64,000 nt of DNA from contig JAFCGM010000001.1 of assembly GCA_017608025.1 (NCBI GenBank), positions 3,910 through 67,909 of the forward strand, read 5' to 3'. This stretch comes from Candidatus Pacearchaeota archaeon. GTDB taxonomy: Archaea > Nanobdellota > Nanobdellia > UBA10117 > JABICX01. A model generated the notes under the pieces. It made no database searches, was not told the origin of the DNA, and was given only the letters and a program-made list of their open reading frames with translations. Shown piece by piece: positions 9,901 through 17,749 of the stretch (position 1 is its first letter; every line of letters begins with the position of its first letter). A program made the translations under genes and the position numbers.

Positions 9901-10774
9901 TTTAATTCGAACAATTAATGCTCCAAAACTTTCTAAAATGGACAGCAATTATTTTAATTACAATACTTTTTCTTTTCCAGAAGAGCATATTAACTTGATT
10001 TTAAAATCTGTTTTAGAATCAATCGAAAAATATAGAATCTCAAAACAAGAAATTAAAGTAAGAGATTTAGAGTTCTCAGCAAGCATGATTGAAGTTCCTG
10101 AAGAAGATATGTTTAAACTTACAGATGTTTTATGGAAAAAAGGAATTAGAAATTTTCACATTGATGCTGGAGATGGAGAGTTTATAACTCGGAATTTTTC
10201 AGGAATAAAAAAAGCAAGATTCCTAAAAGAAAAATATCCAAAAGCAGAACTTCATGCACATTTAATGATTAAAAATCCCCATTTTCCATATAATGGAGAG
10301 CTTTCAGCAATCCAGCAATATGCTGAAGCAGGATGTGATGCAATTGCAATACATCCTCGATCATTTGACAATGAAAGAGACCTAATAAACGCTCTTAAAT
10401 TAATCAAAAATCTTGGAAAAAGACCAGGTATACTTATAGAAACACATGATTCGATTGGAGAAAATATAGAAAAAATAATTGATGAAGCAGACTTAGACTG
10501 GATAGTTATTATGGGTGTTCCAATCGGATATGGTGGACAGATGTTCCAGTTTACAACACTACAAACAATTAGTGATGCTTATGAATTCTTCAAAAGAAAA
10601 AACAAGAAAGCGCTTATTGAAGTTGACGGAGGATTAACATTGCAAACACTGAAATTATGTAAAAACGCAGGTGCAGAGTTGTTTGCAGGGTGGTCAATAA
10701 TCAAAGGCAACACTGAACAAGAAATAAGCAAAAAAATAGAGGAGATTAATAAAATTCTGAAAAATGGAAAATAA
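6962..10774 (+). CDS. 1270-aa multidomain fusion: PRK/uridine-kinase-family P-loop kinase + unknown region + class II aldolase + ribulose-phosphate 3-epimerase-family domain
   Basis: Kinase: GIDGPTASGKTTLANNL, IIILEGHY. Aldolase: LVLQSSLNAIGQ, GIGLDHVAV, VLHGTSNS, HKINVAGD. Epimerase: FHIDAGDGEF, HAHLMIKNP, VIMGVPIGYGGQMF, EVDGGL. Confidence 0.7.
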   Translation: MTLVKSICDDILKKQNKKLVTLVGIDGPTASGKTTLANNLKKELESQGENCWIYRLDWTLKERKEREKDLENLNKSKYSFPYEAELHMNLRKVQSFLESVALFNQSSSSKKKLLLLSLYSRENNGTLSGKEEVHLEPGMIIILEGHYTLRNELARYIDYNILLIGEMEEFLRRKVNRVKGYRSTDIAKNYFWKIDIPSFKNHLNRFGINANLIIDNTNYNQPTIKKKEYIEYWLKLENKNIIPQIKVSKINLSSFIFSDSTLIPSKIKKYTENVISMLKEWDLSVDKYLRTNISSLNLDLTEIANTLVDKLNKESNKEYSFKIMHTDTLYNVYNRILPISLAIGLFYKNAQIPEVSIIAEVFHSELSLQIIWVGNYKRISFIRELGKITKNRNYEIKDTTGELIHTNETIDVMTPTNFTIPSFLRDFNYKLIYIKKEDEVISASQALSRLIHDGGVWIHRFALFSELRFYQDILRKTGVHSVQAGNYLISVKHKNSDLQNKFKLFIREWEKPLSKRLLFKESEAAIDKIIIEERNKIKQFVKPLKHFHLMDGYIFSRFMYEDEEGIQEAIIELRKMMTSEERLLRKRSFDFLLKFFPNIHLRTSALWSDLPRNSINEISLGNYLKLNPSIMAEVYLWMALRDERSAILATNIYDIRRESFDAISYLESAAENQTPLVLQSSLNAIGQEEIDEEGHRQIGYLKLSNGPIQFISSVMRSARNLYLTKGILPPLFGIGLDHVAVDYDIPKGRAQRFFKRAYKTGKLTHYVQDGSSLFNAKTRDKASLIAAYKKMIDFSTSLLDNLEKTYLIDREVCAGELNYVEDSKQSIIPTAEEMKLFMEIYQQSLKKRGYSALISRPTLFIGNLGTTHHGYDQMKPKVEYAKIWRNYLKNENFISPVLHGTSNSHRDVLANASEGCHKINVAGDLLDVFIANLPEKISRIISDSNVEPKKMIASVRFLIDELNEKEQDRLKDALKRISNDLIRTINAPKLSKMDSNYFNYNTFSFPEEHINLILKSVLESIEKYRISKQEIKVRDLEFSASMIEVPEEDMFKLTDVLWKKGIRNFHIDAGDGEFITRNFSGIKKARFLKEKYPKAELHAHLMIKNPHFPYNGELSAIQQYAEAGCDAIAIHPRSFDNERDLINALKLIKNLGKRPGILIETHDSIGENIEKIIDEADLDWIVIMGVPIGYGGQMFQFTTLQTISDAYEFFKRKNKKALIEVDGGLTLQTLKLCKNAGAELFAGWSIIKGNTEQEISKKIEEINKILKNGK

Positions 10775-12821
10775 ATTAAATGTAATTATTCCAATGGCGG
10801 GATTTGGTTCTAGATTTAAACGCGCAGGATACTCAACATATAAACCCTTTATTGAGATTCAAGGAAAGAAAATGATTGATTATGTTCTTGAACCATTTCC
10901 AGAAGATATTCACAAATACTTTATTGTGCATCCAGATATTATTTCAGAAGATGAAATAAAATATTTAGAAAGCAAAACAAATGCACATATTATTAATTTA
11001 CAAGAATTTAGTCAAGGACCAAGTCATACAATATACTTAGCAAGAAACAATCTGCCTCTTGACGAATCATTTTTTGTTTCTTATTCTGATATTTATTGGA
11101 CATGGAACTGGGAGAATGTTAAAAAACTTCTTTATTATGATGGAATTATTTTTACTAGAAAAAAATGGCATCCGCATTTATTCAAAAATCCAAACTCAGC
11201 ATTTTGCCTACCAAAGTCAGACAACCCAAATCTTCTTCAGGAAATTAAAGAAAAAGGACATTTTACAGAAGATCATATGAAAGAACCTCTTTCAGTTGGA
11301 GTATTCTATTATAAATCTGGCCGCGACATGATAAGAGTTGCTGAGCAGTATATCAAAGAAGATATTAAAGTTAACAATGAGTTCTTCCCAACAGAGCCAT
11401 ACAACCAATTAGTTAAAGAAGGAAAGCAAATCTATCTGTCAGATGTTGATTTTTTTATTCATTTGGGATTGCCTGAACAACTTGAAGACTTTAATAACTG
11501 GAAGAAAATCTTGGAGTTTACGCCTCAAAAAACAAAATATGAAAATGTTTGCATAATGGGCGGACTTGGTGAACGAATGCAAGAGCTTGGCAAAAAGAAA
11601 GCACTTGTTGATATTCGCGGATTACCTATGTTTGAATTTGTTTTAGACCAATTTGGTTCAAACAGAAACACAATTGTAACAACAGATGCAATTGCAAAAG
11701 AACTTCCAACACCAAAGATTCCATATGAAATTATAAATATAGGCAAGCAAACAAAATCACAGATTGGAACAATTAAGAAGGCAATAGAGCAAATCAAAGA
11801 CAAAAAAAATTTTTTTATGACTAGCTGCGATTGCTATGGAATTTTTGATAATCAGCGCTTTGAGAACTTTATAGAAGAAAATAATCCCGATGCAATTATC
11901 TTTACATTTAATCCAACACTAATGCAGCAAAAAATGGCAGGACATCATACACATGTTTCTTTAAATGGAAACAGAATTACAGATGTTCACATCAAAGGAA
12001 AGTCTTCAGATAATGACCGCGGTCTTGCTGGATTTTTTTGGTTCAAATCCGGAGATTTAGTAGCTGAAGTTAACAATCTTCCAGAAGATCCAAACAACGA
12101 ATTAATTGCAGACCATTTGTTAAAGTATCTGGCAGACCAAGGAAAGAGAGTCTATGGCTATCCTTTGGATAATTATGTGCATATTGGAACAATTCCAGAT
12201 TATAAAGAGTTTAAATTCTGGGAAAATTATTCATCGATTTTTAGAGCAGAGCTTCTTAGAATTGCGCATAGAGTTAACACAATTGAAAAACTAAAAACCA
12301 TCCCAAAAGACTGCGGAATAGAAATTGATATACGTCCATATAATGGCAAATTAATTTTAAATCATGAACCTCATCAGAATGGAATAGAGCTTGAAGAATT
12401 TCTAAAGCACTATAATCACAAAACAATAATCCTTAATGTAAAGTCAGAAGGAATAGAAAAAGAAGTAATAGCACTTATGGAAAAATACAACATAACAGAT
12501 TATTTCTTTTTAGATGTAACGTTTCCATTTATAATTAAATTAATAAATTCAGAAACTAAAATTGCAGTAAGATTCTCTGAGTTTGAAAGCATAGAAACAT
12601 GTATGAATCTAGCAGGAAAAGTTGACTGGGTATTTATTGACAATTTTACGCATTTGCCAGTTGAAAACAATGCATTTGAGAAATTAAAAAAGCATTTCAA
12701 ACTTTGTATTGTTTCACCAGAATTGCTTAAACGACCAGAAGAAATCAAAGCAACAAAAGAACTGCTAAAAAAACACCAAGTAGATGCTGTTTTAACAGAC
12801 CATATTGAACTGTGGGATTAA
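10764..12821 (+). CDS. 685-aa fusion: two sugar/alcohol-phosphate nucleotidyltransferase domains + GDPD/PI-PLC-like phosphodiesterase domain
   Basis: IIPMAGFGSRFKRAGY and a second VCIMGGLGERMQELG signature (GT-A-fold NTP-transferase type). C-terminal IAHRVNT...GIEIDIR...LILNHEP. The ATG overlaps the upstream stop by 11 nt. Confidence 0.6.
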   Translation: MENKLNVIIPMAGFGSRFKRAGYSTYKPFIEIQGKKMIDYVLEPFPEDIHKYFIVHPDIISEDEIKYLESKTNAHIINLQEFSQGPSHTIYLARNNLPLDESFFVSYSDIYWTWNWENVKKLLYYDGIIFTRKKWHPHLFKNPNSAFCLPKSDNPNLLQEIKEKGHFTEDHMKEPLSVGVFYYKSGRDMIRVAEQYIKEDIKVNNEFFPTEPYNQLVKEGKQIYLSDVDFFIHLGLPEQLEDFNNWKKILEFTPQKTKYENVCIMGGLGERMQELGKKKALVDIRGLPMFEFVLDQFGSNRNTIVTTDAIAKELPTPKIPYEIINIGKQTKSQIGTIKKAIEQIKDKKNFFMTSCDCYGIFDNQRFENFIEENNPDAIIFTFNPTLMQQKMAGHHTHVSLNGNRITDVHIKGKSSDNDRGLAGFFWFKSGDLVAEVNNLPEDPNNELIADHLLKYLADQGKRVYGYPLDNYVHIGTIPDYKEFKFWENYSSIFRAELLRIAHRVNTIEKLKTIPKDCGIEIDIRPYNGKLILNHEPHQNGIELEEFLKHYNHKTIILNVKSEGIEKEVIALMEKYNITDYFFLDVTFPFIIKLINSETKIAVRFSEFESIETCMNLAGKVDWVFIDNFTHLPVENNAFEKLKKHFKLCIVSPELLKRPEEIKATKELLKKHQVDAVLTDHIELWD

Positions 12822-12877
12822 TTACTATTGTTAATAGTACAACAATATTTATATATTACTAGTAATACTAGTATAAA

Positions 12878-13423
12878 ATGAAGAAAAAAGTCTGGAAAAA
12901 CAAGTCAAATAAACAGCTATGCGTTACAATTCCAAGAAATTCTGGCATTGTTGAAGGTGATATAGTTAATATTGAAAAGCAAAAGATAAATCGCATTGTG
13001 TATTCCTCTGTCACAGCAGATTTGTTTCATTACGGACATCTTAGGGTTCTTGAAAAAGCAAACAAGCAAGGAGACTTTCATGTGTGCGGTGTTTTAACTG
13101 ACGATGCAATAAAATCTTACAAAAAACCGCCAATTGCAGGATTTAAAGACAGACTGTCAATTATATCTAATCTCCGCTGTGTAGATATGGTTATGACTCA
13201 GGACAGTAAGGACCCAACAGATAATCTAAAAAAACTTCATGAACAATTCCCAAATGCAACTCTTGTTGTTGTATATGGTTCTGATTGGAAAGAAGTTCCG
13301 GGAAAAGCATATATTAATAAAATAAACGGAGAAATATTCCAACCAGATTTTTATGAGAAACTCTCAACAGAAAAGATTGTTAAAAAAATCTTCAAAAATT
13401 ATAAAGGTGAATTTAATGAATAA
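12878..13423 (+). CDS. HxGH-type cytidylyltransferase (TagD/ECT-like) with a short N-terminal extension
   Basis: [19 protein letters not shown] nucleotidyltransferase signature. About 40-aa N-terminal extension ([23 protein letters not shown]). Confidence 0.65.
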   Translation: MKKKVWKNKSNKQLCVTIPRNSGIVEGDIVNIEKQKINRIVYSSVTADLFHYGHLRVLEKANKQGDFHVCGVLTDDAIKSYKKPPIAGFKDRLSIISNLRCVDMVMTQDSKDPTDNLKKLHEQFPNATLVVVYGSDWKEVPGKAYINKINGEIFQPDFYEKLSTEKIVKKIFKNYKGEFNE

Positions 13424-14720
13424 CACTGTTTATGTAGCTATGAGTGCAGATTTAGTCCATCCAGGACATTTAAATATAATTAAAGAAGCAAAAAAATTAG
13501 GAAAGGTTACAGTTGGGCTTCTTACAGATCGAGCAATTGCATCTTACAAGCGCCTCCCATTTATGAATTATAATCAGCGAAAAGAGATTGTGGAGAATAT
13601 AAAAGGTGTAAGTAATGTTATACCGCAGGAAACTTTGGACTATGTTCCAAATTTGCAAAAATTAAAGCCAAAATATGTTGTTCATGGAGATGATTGGAGA
13701 ACTGGAATTCAGAAAAATACAAGACAAAGAGTTATTGATGCTCTTAAAGAATGGAATGGAAAATTAATAGAGATTCCATATACAAAAGGAATTTCTTCTA
13801 GTGCTTTGTATAACGCAATGAAAGAGATAGGAATAACACCTAATATTCGCAGAAAGAAATTAAGGCGTCTTCTTGAAGCAAAAGATATTGTTCGAATAAT
13901 TGAAGCGCATAATGGATTAACTGGACTTATTGCTGAAACATTAAAAGTTGAAAAGCCAGAAAAAATAAATGAATTTGATGGAATGTGGCTTAGCTCACTA
14001 ACAGATTCAACAGCAAAAGGAAAACCAGACATTGAGCTTGTTGATATCAGCTCAAGAACTAAAACAATTGAAGAAATAATGGAAGTTACAACAAAACCAA
14101 TTATCTTTGATGGAGATACTGGCGGAAAAGTAGAGCACTTTATTTTTACTGTTAGAACTCTTGAAAGACTCGGAGTCTCAGCTGTAATAATTGAAGACAA
14201 GGTAGGACTTAAGAAAAACTCTCTTTTTGGAACAGATGTAAAGCAAACACAAGCAAATCCAATGGAATTTGCAAAAAAAATCCAGGCAGGAAAAAAAGCA
14301 CAAGTTACAGATGATTTTATGATTATTGCACGGATTGAAAGCTTAATTTTAAAGCAGGGCGTTAATGATGCAATAAATCGTGCAAGAATTTATATTGATG
14401 CAGGAGCCGATGCAATAATGATTCACTGCAAAGACAAAGACCCCTCAGAGTTAATTGAATTTTGCAGAATATATCAAAAAATAGAAAACAAAGTTCCGTT
14501 GGTTGCAGTACCCACAACTTACAATCACATGACTGAAACTGAACTTAAGGAACTTGGGATTAATATTGTAATTTATGCAAATCATTTGCTAAGAAGCGCA
14601 TATCCTGCAATGGTAAATGCTGCTAAATCAATTCTTGAAAATGAACGAGGAAAGGAATGCCATGAACAATACTGCATGCCAATTAAAGAGATACTCACAC
14701 TCATTCCTGGAGGAAAATAA
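13416..14720 (+). CDS. cytidylyltransferase-PEP phosphomutase fusion
   Basis: N-terminal [19 protein letters not shown] (HxGH). C-terminal [19 protein letters not shown] and the PEP-mutase-diagnostic [15 protein letters not shown] at 13416 follows AAAGGTGA and overlaps the upstream stop (ATGAATAA). Confidence 0.85.
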   Translation: MNNTVYVAMSADLVHPGHLNIIKEAKKLGKVTVGLLTDRAIASYKRLPFMNYNQRKEIVENIKGVSNVIPQETLDYVPNLQKLKPKYVVHGDDWRTGIQKNTRQRVIDALKEWNGKLIEIPYTKGISSSALYNAMKEIGITPNIRRKKLRRLLEAKDIVRIIEAHNGLTGLIAETLKVEKPEKINEFDGMWLSSLTDSTAKGKPDIELVDISSRTKTIEEIMEVTTKPIIFDGDTGGKVEHFIFTVRTLERLGVSAVIIEDKVGLKKNSLFGTDVKQTQANPMEFAKKIQAGKKAQVTDDFMIIARIESLILKQGVNDAINRARIYIDAGADAIMIHCKDKDPSELIEFCRIYQKIENKVPLVAVPTTYNHMTETELKELGINIVIYANHLLRSAYPAMVNAAKSILENERGKECHEQYCMPIKEILTLIPGGK

Positions 14721-14721
14721 A

Positions 14722-15846
14722 ATGATAAAACCAGAAAATTTTTACAAAGCACTTGAAAAAAATGAAATTGAATTTTTTGCAGGAGTTCCTGATTCTCTTC
14801 TGAAAAATTTCTGTGCATATATTACAGATAATGTTAAAGCAAAGAACAATATTATAGCAGCAAATGAAGGAAATGCAATTGCCCTTGCTGCAGGTTATCA
14901 TCTTGCAACAGGAAAAATAGCACTTGTTTACATGCAAAATTCAGGACAAGGAAACACTATAAACCCGCTTGCATCTCTTACAGACTCAGATGTGTATAGT
15001 ATACCTCTTATTCTTGTAATCGGATGGAGGGGAGAGCCTGGAAAAAAAGACGAACCACAACACAAAAAACAAGGAAAAATAACTCTTGGACTTTTAAATA
15101 TTTTAGGAATTCCTTATGAAATCTTGCCTGAAGAAAATGAACTTGCAGAAGCTTCAGTAGAAAGGGCAGTAAAGTATGCAGCAAAAAACAAGTCTGCATT
15201 TGCGCTTGTTGTCAGAAAAGGAACTTTTGACAAATATGAATTGAAGAATAAAATCAAAACAAATTTTGAACTAAACAGAGAACAAGCACTAAAACTTGTA
15301 ACAGACAGCCTTTCTGAAGATGACATTGTAGTTTCAACAACAGGAAAAACATCCAGAGAGCTTTTTGAATATCGTGAAGCCAAAAACCAAGGTCATAATC
15401 AAGATTTCCTAACTGTAGGTTCAATGGGGCACAGTTCATCAATAGCATTGGGAATTGCTTTACAAAAACCAGATAGGCATGTTTATTGCTTTGATGGTGA
15501 TGGTGCTGCAATAATGCATCTGGGCTCAACAGCAATAATTGCCGCACAGAAACCACACAACTTTAAACATATTGTGTTTAACAACGGAGCGCATGATTCT
15601 GTTGGAGGTCAGCCAACAGTTGGATTTAGCGCAGACATACCTGGAATTGCAAAAGCCGCAGGATACAGAAATATATATTCAGCAGAAACTAAAGAAGACA
15701 TAAAATTAAAACTAGAGCAGATTAAATCTGAACCTGGACCATCTCTTCTTGAAATAAAAGTAAACAAAGGCGCAAGAGAAAATCTTGGACGGCCAACAAC
15801 TACACCTGTACAAAACAAAGAAGCATTTATGACTTTCTTAAAATGA
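14722..15846 (+). CDS. phosphonopyruvate decarboxylase
   Basis: N-terminal FFAGVPDSLLKNFCAYI. ThDP-binding GSMGHSSSIALGIAL...FDGDGAAIMHLG. ATG at 14722 follows GGAGG, directly after the mutase gene. Confidence 0.85.
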   Translation: MIKPENFYKALEKNEIEFFAGVPDSLLKNFCAYITDNVKAKNNIIAANEGNAIALAAGYHLATGKIALVYMQNSGQGNTINPLASLTDSDVYSIPLILVIGWRGEPGKKDEPQHKKQGKITLGLLNILGIPYEILPEENELAEASVERAVKYAAKNKSAFALVVRKGTFDKYELKNKIKTNFELNREQALKLVTDSLSEDDIVVSTTGKTSRELFEYREAKNQGHNQDFLTVGSMGHSSSIALGIALQKPDRHVYCFDGDGAAIMHLGSTAIIAAQKPHNFKHIVFNNGAHDSVGGQPTVGFSADIPGIAKAAGYRNIYSAETKEDIKLKLEQIKSEPGPSLLEIKVNKGARENLGRPTTTPVQNKEAFMTFLK

Positions 15847-16946
15847 AAGAACTTGAAAAAATAATTCAAAAAGAAAATCCGCAAAGAATTATGCTTTTTC
15901 ACGGAAAAACCTCTTATGAAAAATCTGGAGCAAAAGAGTTACTTGAACCGCTTCTAAAAGAATATCAAGTTCACCATTTTTCTAGTATAAGCCCAAATCC
16001 AAAAATTAAAGAAATTGAAAATGGAATCTGCGCTTTCAACCAATTTAATCCAGATTTAATAATTGCTGTTGGTGGAGGAAGTGTTCTTGATGTTGCAAAA
16101 TCAGTTAATGTTCTCTCAAATAACAAACACCAGCCACTTGCTTATTTAATGAAAGAATATGTACTGCGCAGAAAAGGAAAGCCATTAATTGCAATACCAA
16201 CAACAGCAGGAACAGGTGCAGAAGCAACTCAATTTTCAGTAATATATGTAAATAAAGTAAAGCAGTCCCTTGATAGCATATTTCTTCTTCCAACTTATGC
16301 AGTTCTTATGCCTGAACTAACAAAAAGTATGAATCCATATCAAACAGCTGTAACTGGAATGGATGCTTTGACACAAGCAGTTGAATCTTTATGGAGCATT
16401 AATTCAAATTCAGAATCTGATTTCTATGCAAAAAAAGCAATTACAAAAATTTTAGACAATTTAGAAACTGCAGTTAATTCTCCCACACTAAAATCAAGAG
16501 AGCAAATGCTTAGAGGAGCCCATCTTTCTGGAAAAGCAATAAATTTAACACATACAACAGCATGTCACGCAATATCTTATCCAATAACATCCTATTATAA
16601 TATTCCGCACGGTCATGCTGTAGCTTTAACTCTCAGAGCTGTCCTAAAATTCAATTCAGAAATAGACTTAACTAATGCGCGACTAAATGTAAATCCAGAG
16701 CATATTAAAACGCAGATAAAAAAAATAAACTTTCTTTTCAAAACAGAGAGTGTAGAGAGAACTGCTGAAAAAATTGAAAATCTAATGAAGAACATAGGTC
16801 TTGAAACCAAGTTAACTAAATTAGGCATACCTGAAAGCAGTGGAATAGTAACAATATTAAATAATGTTAATTCTGAACGAATGACAAACAATCCGCGGAT
16901 AGTTCGCGCATATGATATTCTTAAAATTCTTGAAGAAATAAAGTAA
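15843..16946 (+). CDS. group III iron-containing alcohol dehydrogenase (candidate phosphonoacetaldehyde reductase)
   Basis: GGGSVLDVAKS and PTTAGTGAEAT Fe-ADH motifs. ATGA overlap with the decarboxylase stop. The specific function is inferred from context. Confidence 0.7.
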   Translation: MKELEKIIQKENPQRIMLFHGKTSYEKSGAKELLEPLLKEYQVHHFSSISPNPKIKEIENGICAFNQFNPDLIIAVGGGSVLDVAKSVNVLSNNKHQPLAYLMKEYVLRRKGKPLIAIPTTAGTGAEATQFSVIYVNKVKQSLDSIFLLPTYAVLMPELTKSMNPYQTAVTGMDALTQAVESLWSINSNSESDFYAKKAITKILDNLETAVNSPTLKSREQMLRGAHLSGKAINLTHTTACHAISYPITSYYNIPHGHAVALTLRAVLKFNSEIDLTNARLNVNPEHIKTQIKKINFLFKTESVERTAEKIENLMKNIGLETKLTKLGIPESSGIVTILNNVNSERMTNNPRIVRAYDILKILEEIK

Positions 16947-16995
16947 ACTAAAGTATCAAAATACATTTAAAGCTTTGGGCATAAGAAATAAAACT

Positions 16996-17724
16996 ATGAG
17001 ACAGTTAAAACCATCGTACTTTAAACGGTATCGCAAGGGAAAAAAAGATGATTACTTTGCAGATAAAATTTTTAGAAAATTTTCACTATATACTTCTTGG
17101 TTAGCAGTTAAACTTAAAGTAAGTCCAAATATGGTTACTTTTTCTAGTTTTATTATGGATGTTATTGCTGCAGGAATTTTTCTTTTTTCAGGAAAGTGGA
17201 TTTTTTCATTAATAGCAGGATTATTAGTATTTTTTTCATTTGTTTTAGATCATTCTGATGGTGAAGTTGCTAGATATTTAAATGAGAAAAATAAAGTAAA
17301 AAATCCAAAAAGATTTGGTTCATATGTTGACTCTATATTTGATATGCTTTGTTTTATTGTGTTGTTTTTAGGTATTGGTTTTGGAAGTTACTTTAGAAGT
17401 GGAAACTTTGACTTTATTATATTAATGATTTTTTCAATAATTGCAGCAACACTTCTTACTGCAACTGCTCTTGGTTCTAGAGCTTACTTTTCAGATAGTC
17501 TTAAATCTAGCTTATCTCTTTCAGCTAGAGAAAAGATTTCAAAAATCTTTTCTAAAATCGGTTTAAATTTAGATTATAGGTTATTCTCATTTAGTGCAGA
17601 TGTTCAAACATTAATAATTTCAGTTTGTGCTTTAATTGGATTTCCATGGATATCAATGATTATTTTTTCTACAGTAGGTAATTTTTACTGGATTTTAAAA
17701 TTCTGGTTATATCGAAAGTATTAA
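16996..17724 (+). CDS. CDP-alcohol phosphatidyltransferase family membrane protein
   Basis: DHSDGEVARYLN...D(x)3D-type signature in a polytopic membrane protein. ATG at 16996 preferred over the TTG at 16975. Confidence 0.7.
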   Translation: MRQLKPSYFKRYRKGKKDDYFADKIFRKFSLYTSWLAVKLKVSPNMVTFSSFIMDVIAAGIFLFSGKWIFSLIAGLLVFFSFVLDHSDGEVARYLNEKNKVKNPKRFGSYVDSIFDMLCFIVLFLGIGFGSYFRSGNFDFIILMIFSIIAATLLTATALGSRAYFSDSLKSSLSLSAREKISKIFSKIGLNLDYRLFSFSADVQTLIISVCALIGFPWISMIIFSTVGNFYWILKFWLYRKY

Positions 17725-17749
17725 TTAAATTACTAATTGAGTAATAAAT

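Noticed and set aside
13353-13415. Upstream ATG at 13353 as the start of the cytidylyltransferase-mutase gene (and 14617 for the decarboxylase)
   Set aside because: These extensions lie wholly inside the preceding genes. The downstream ATGs at 13416 and 14722 follow GGTGA/GGAGG sites and match the conserved N-termini of the families.
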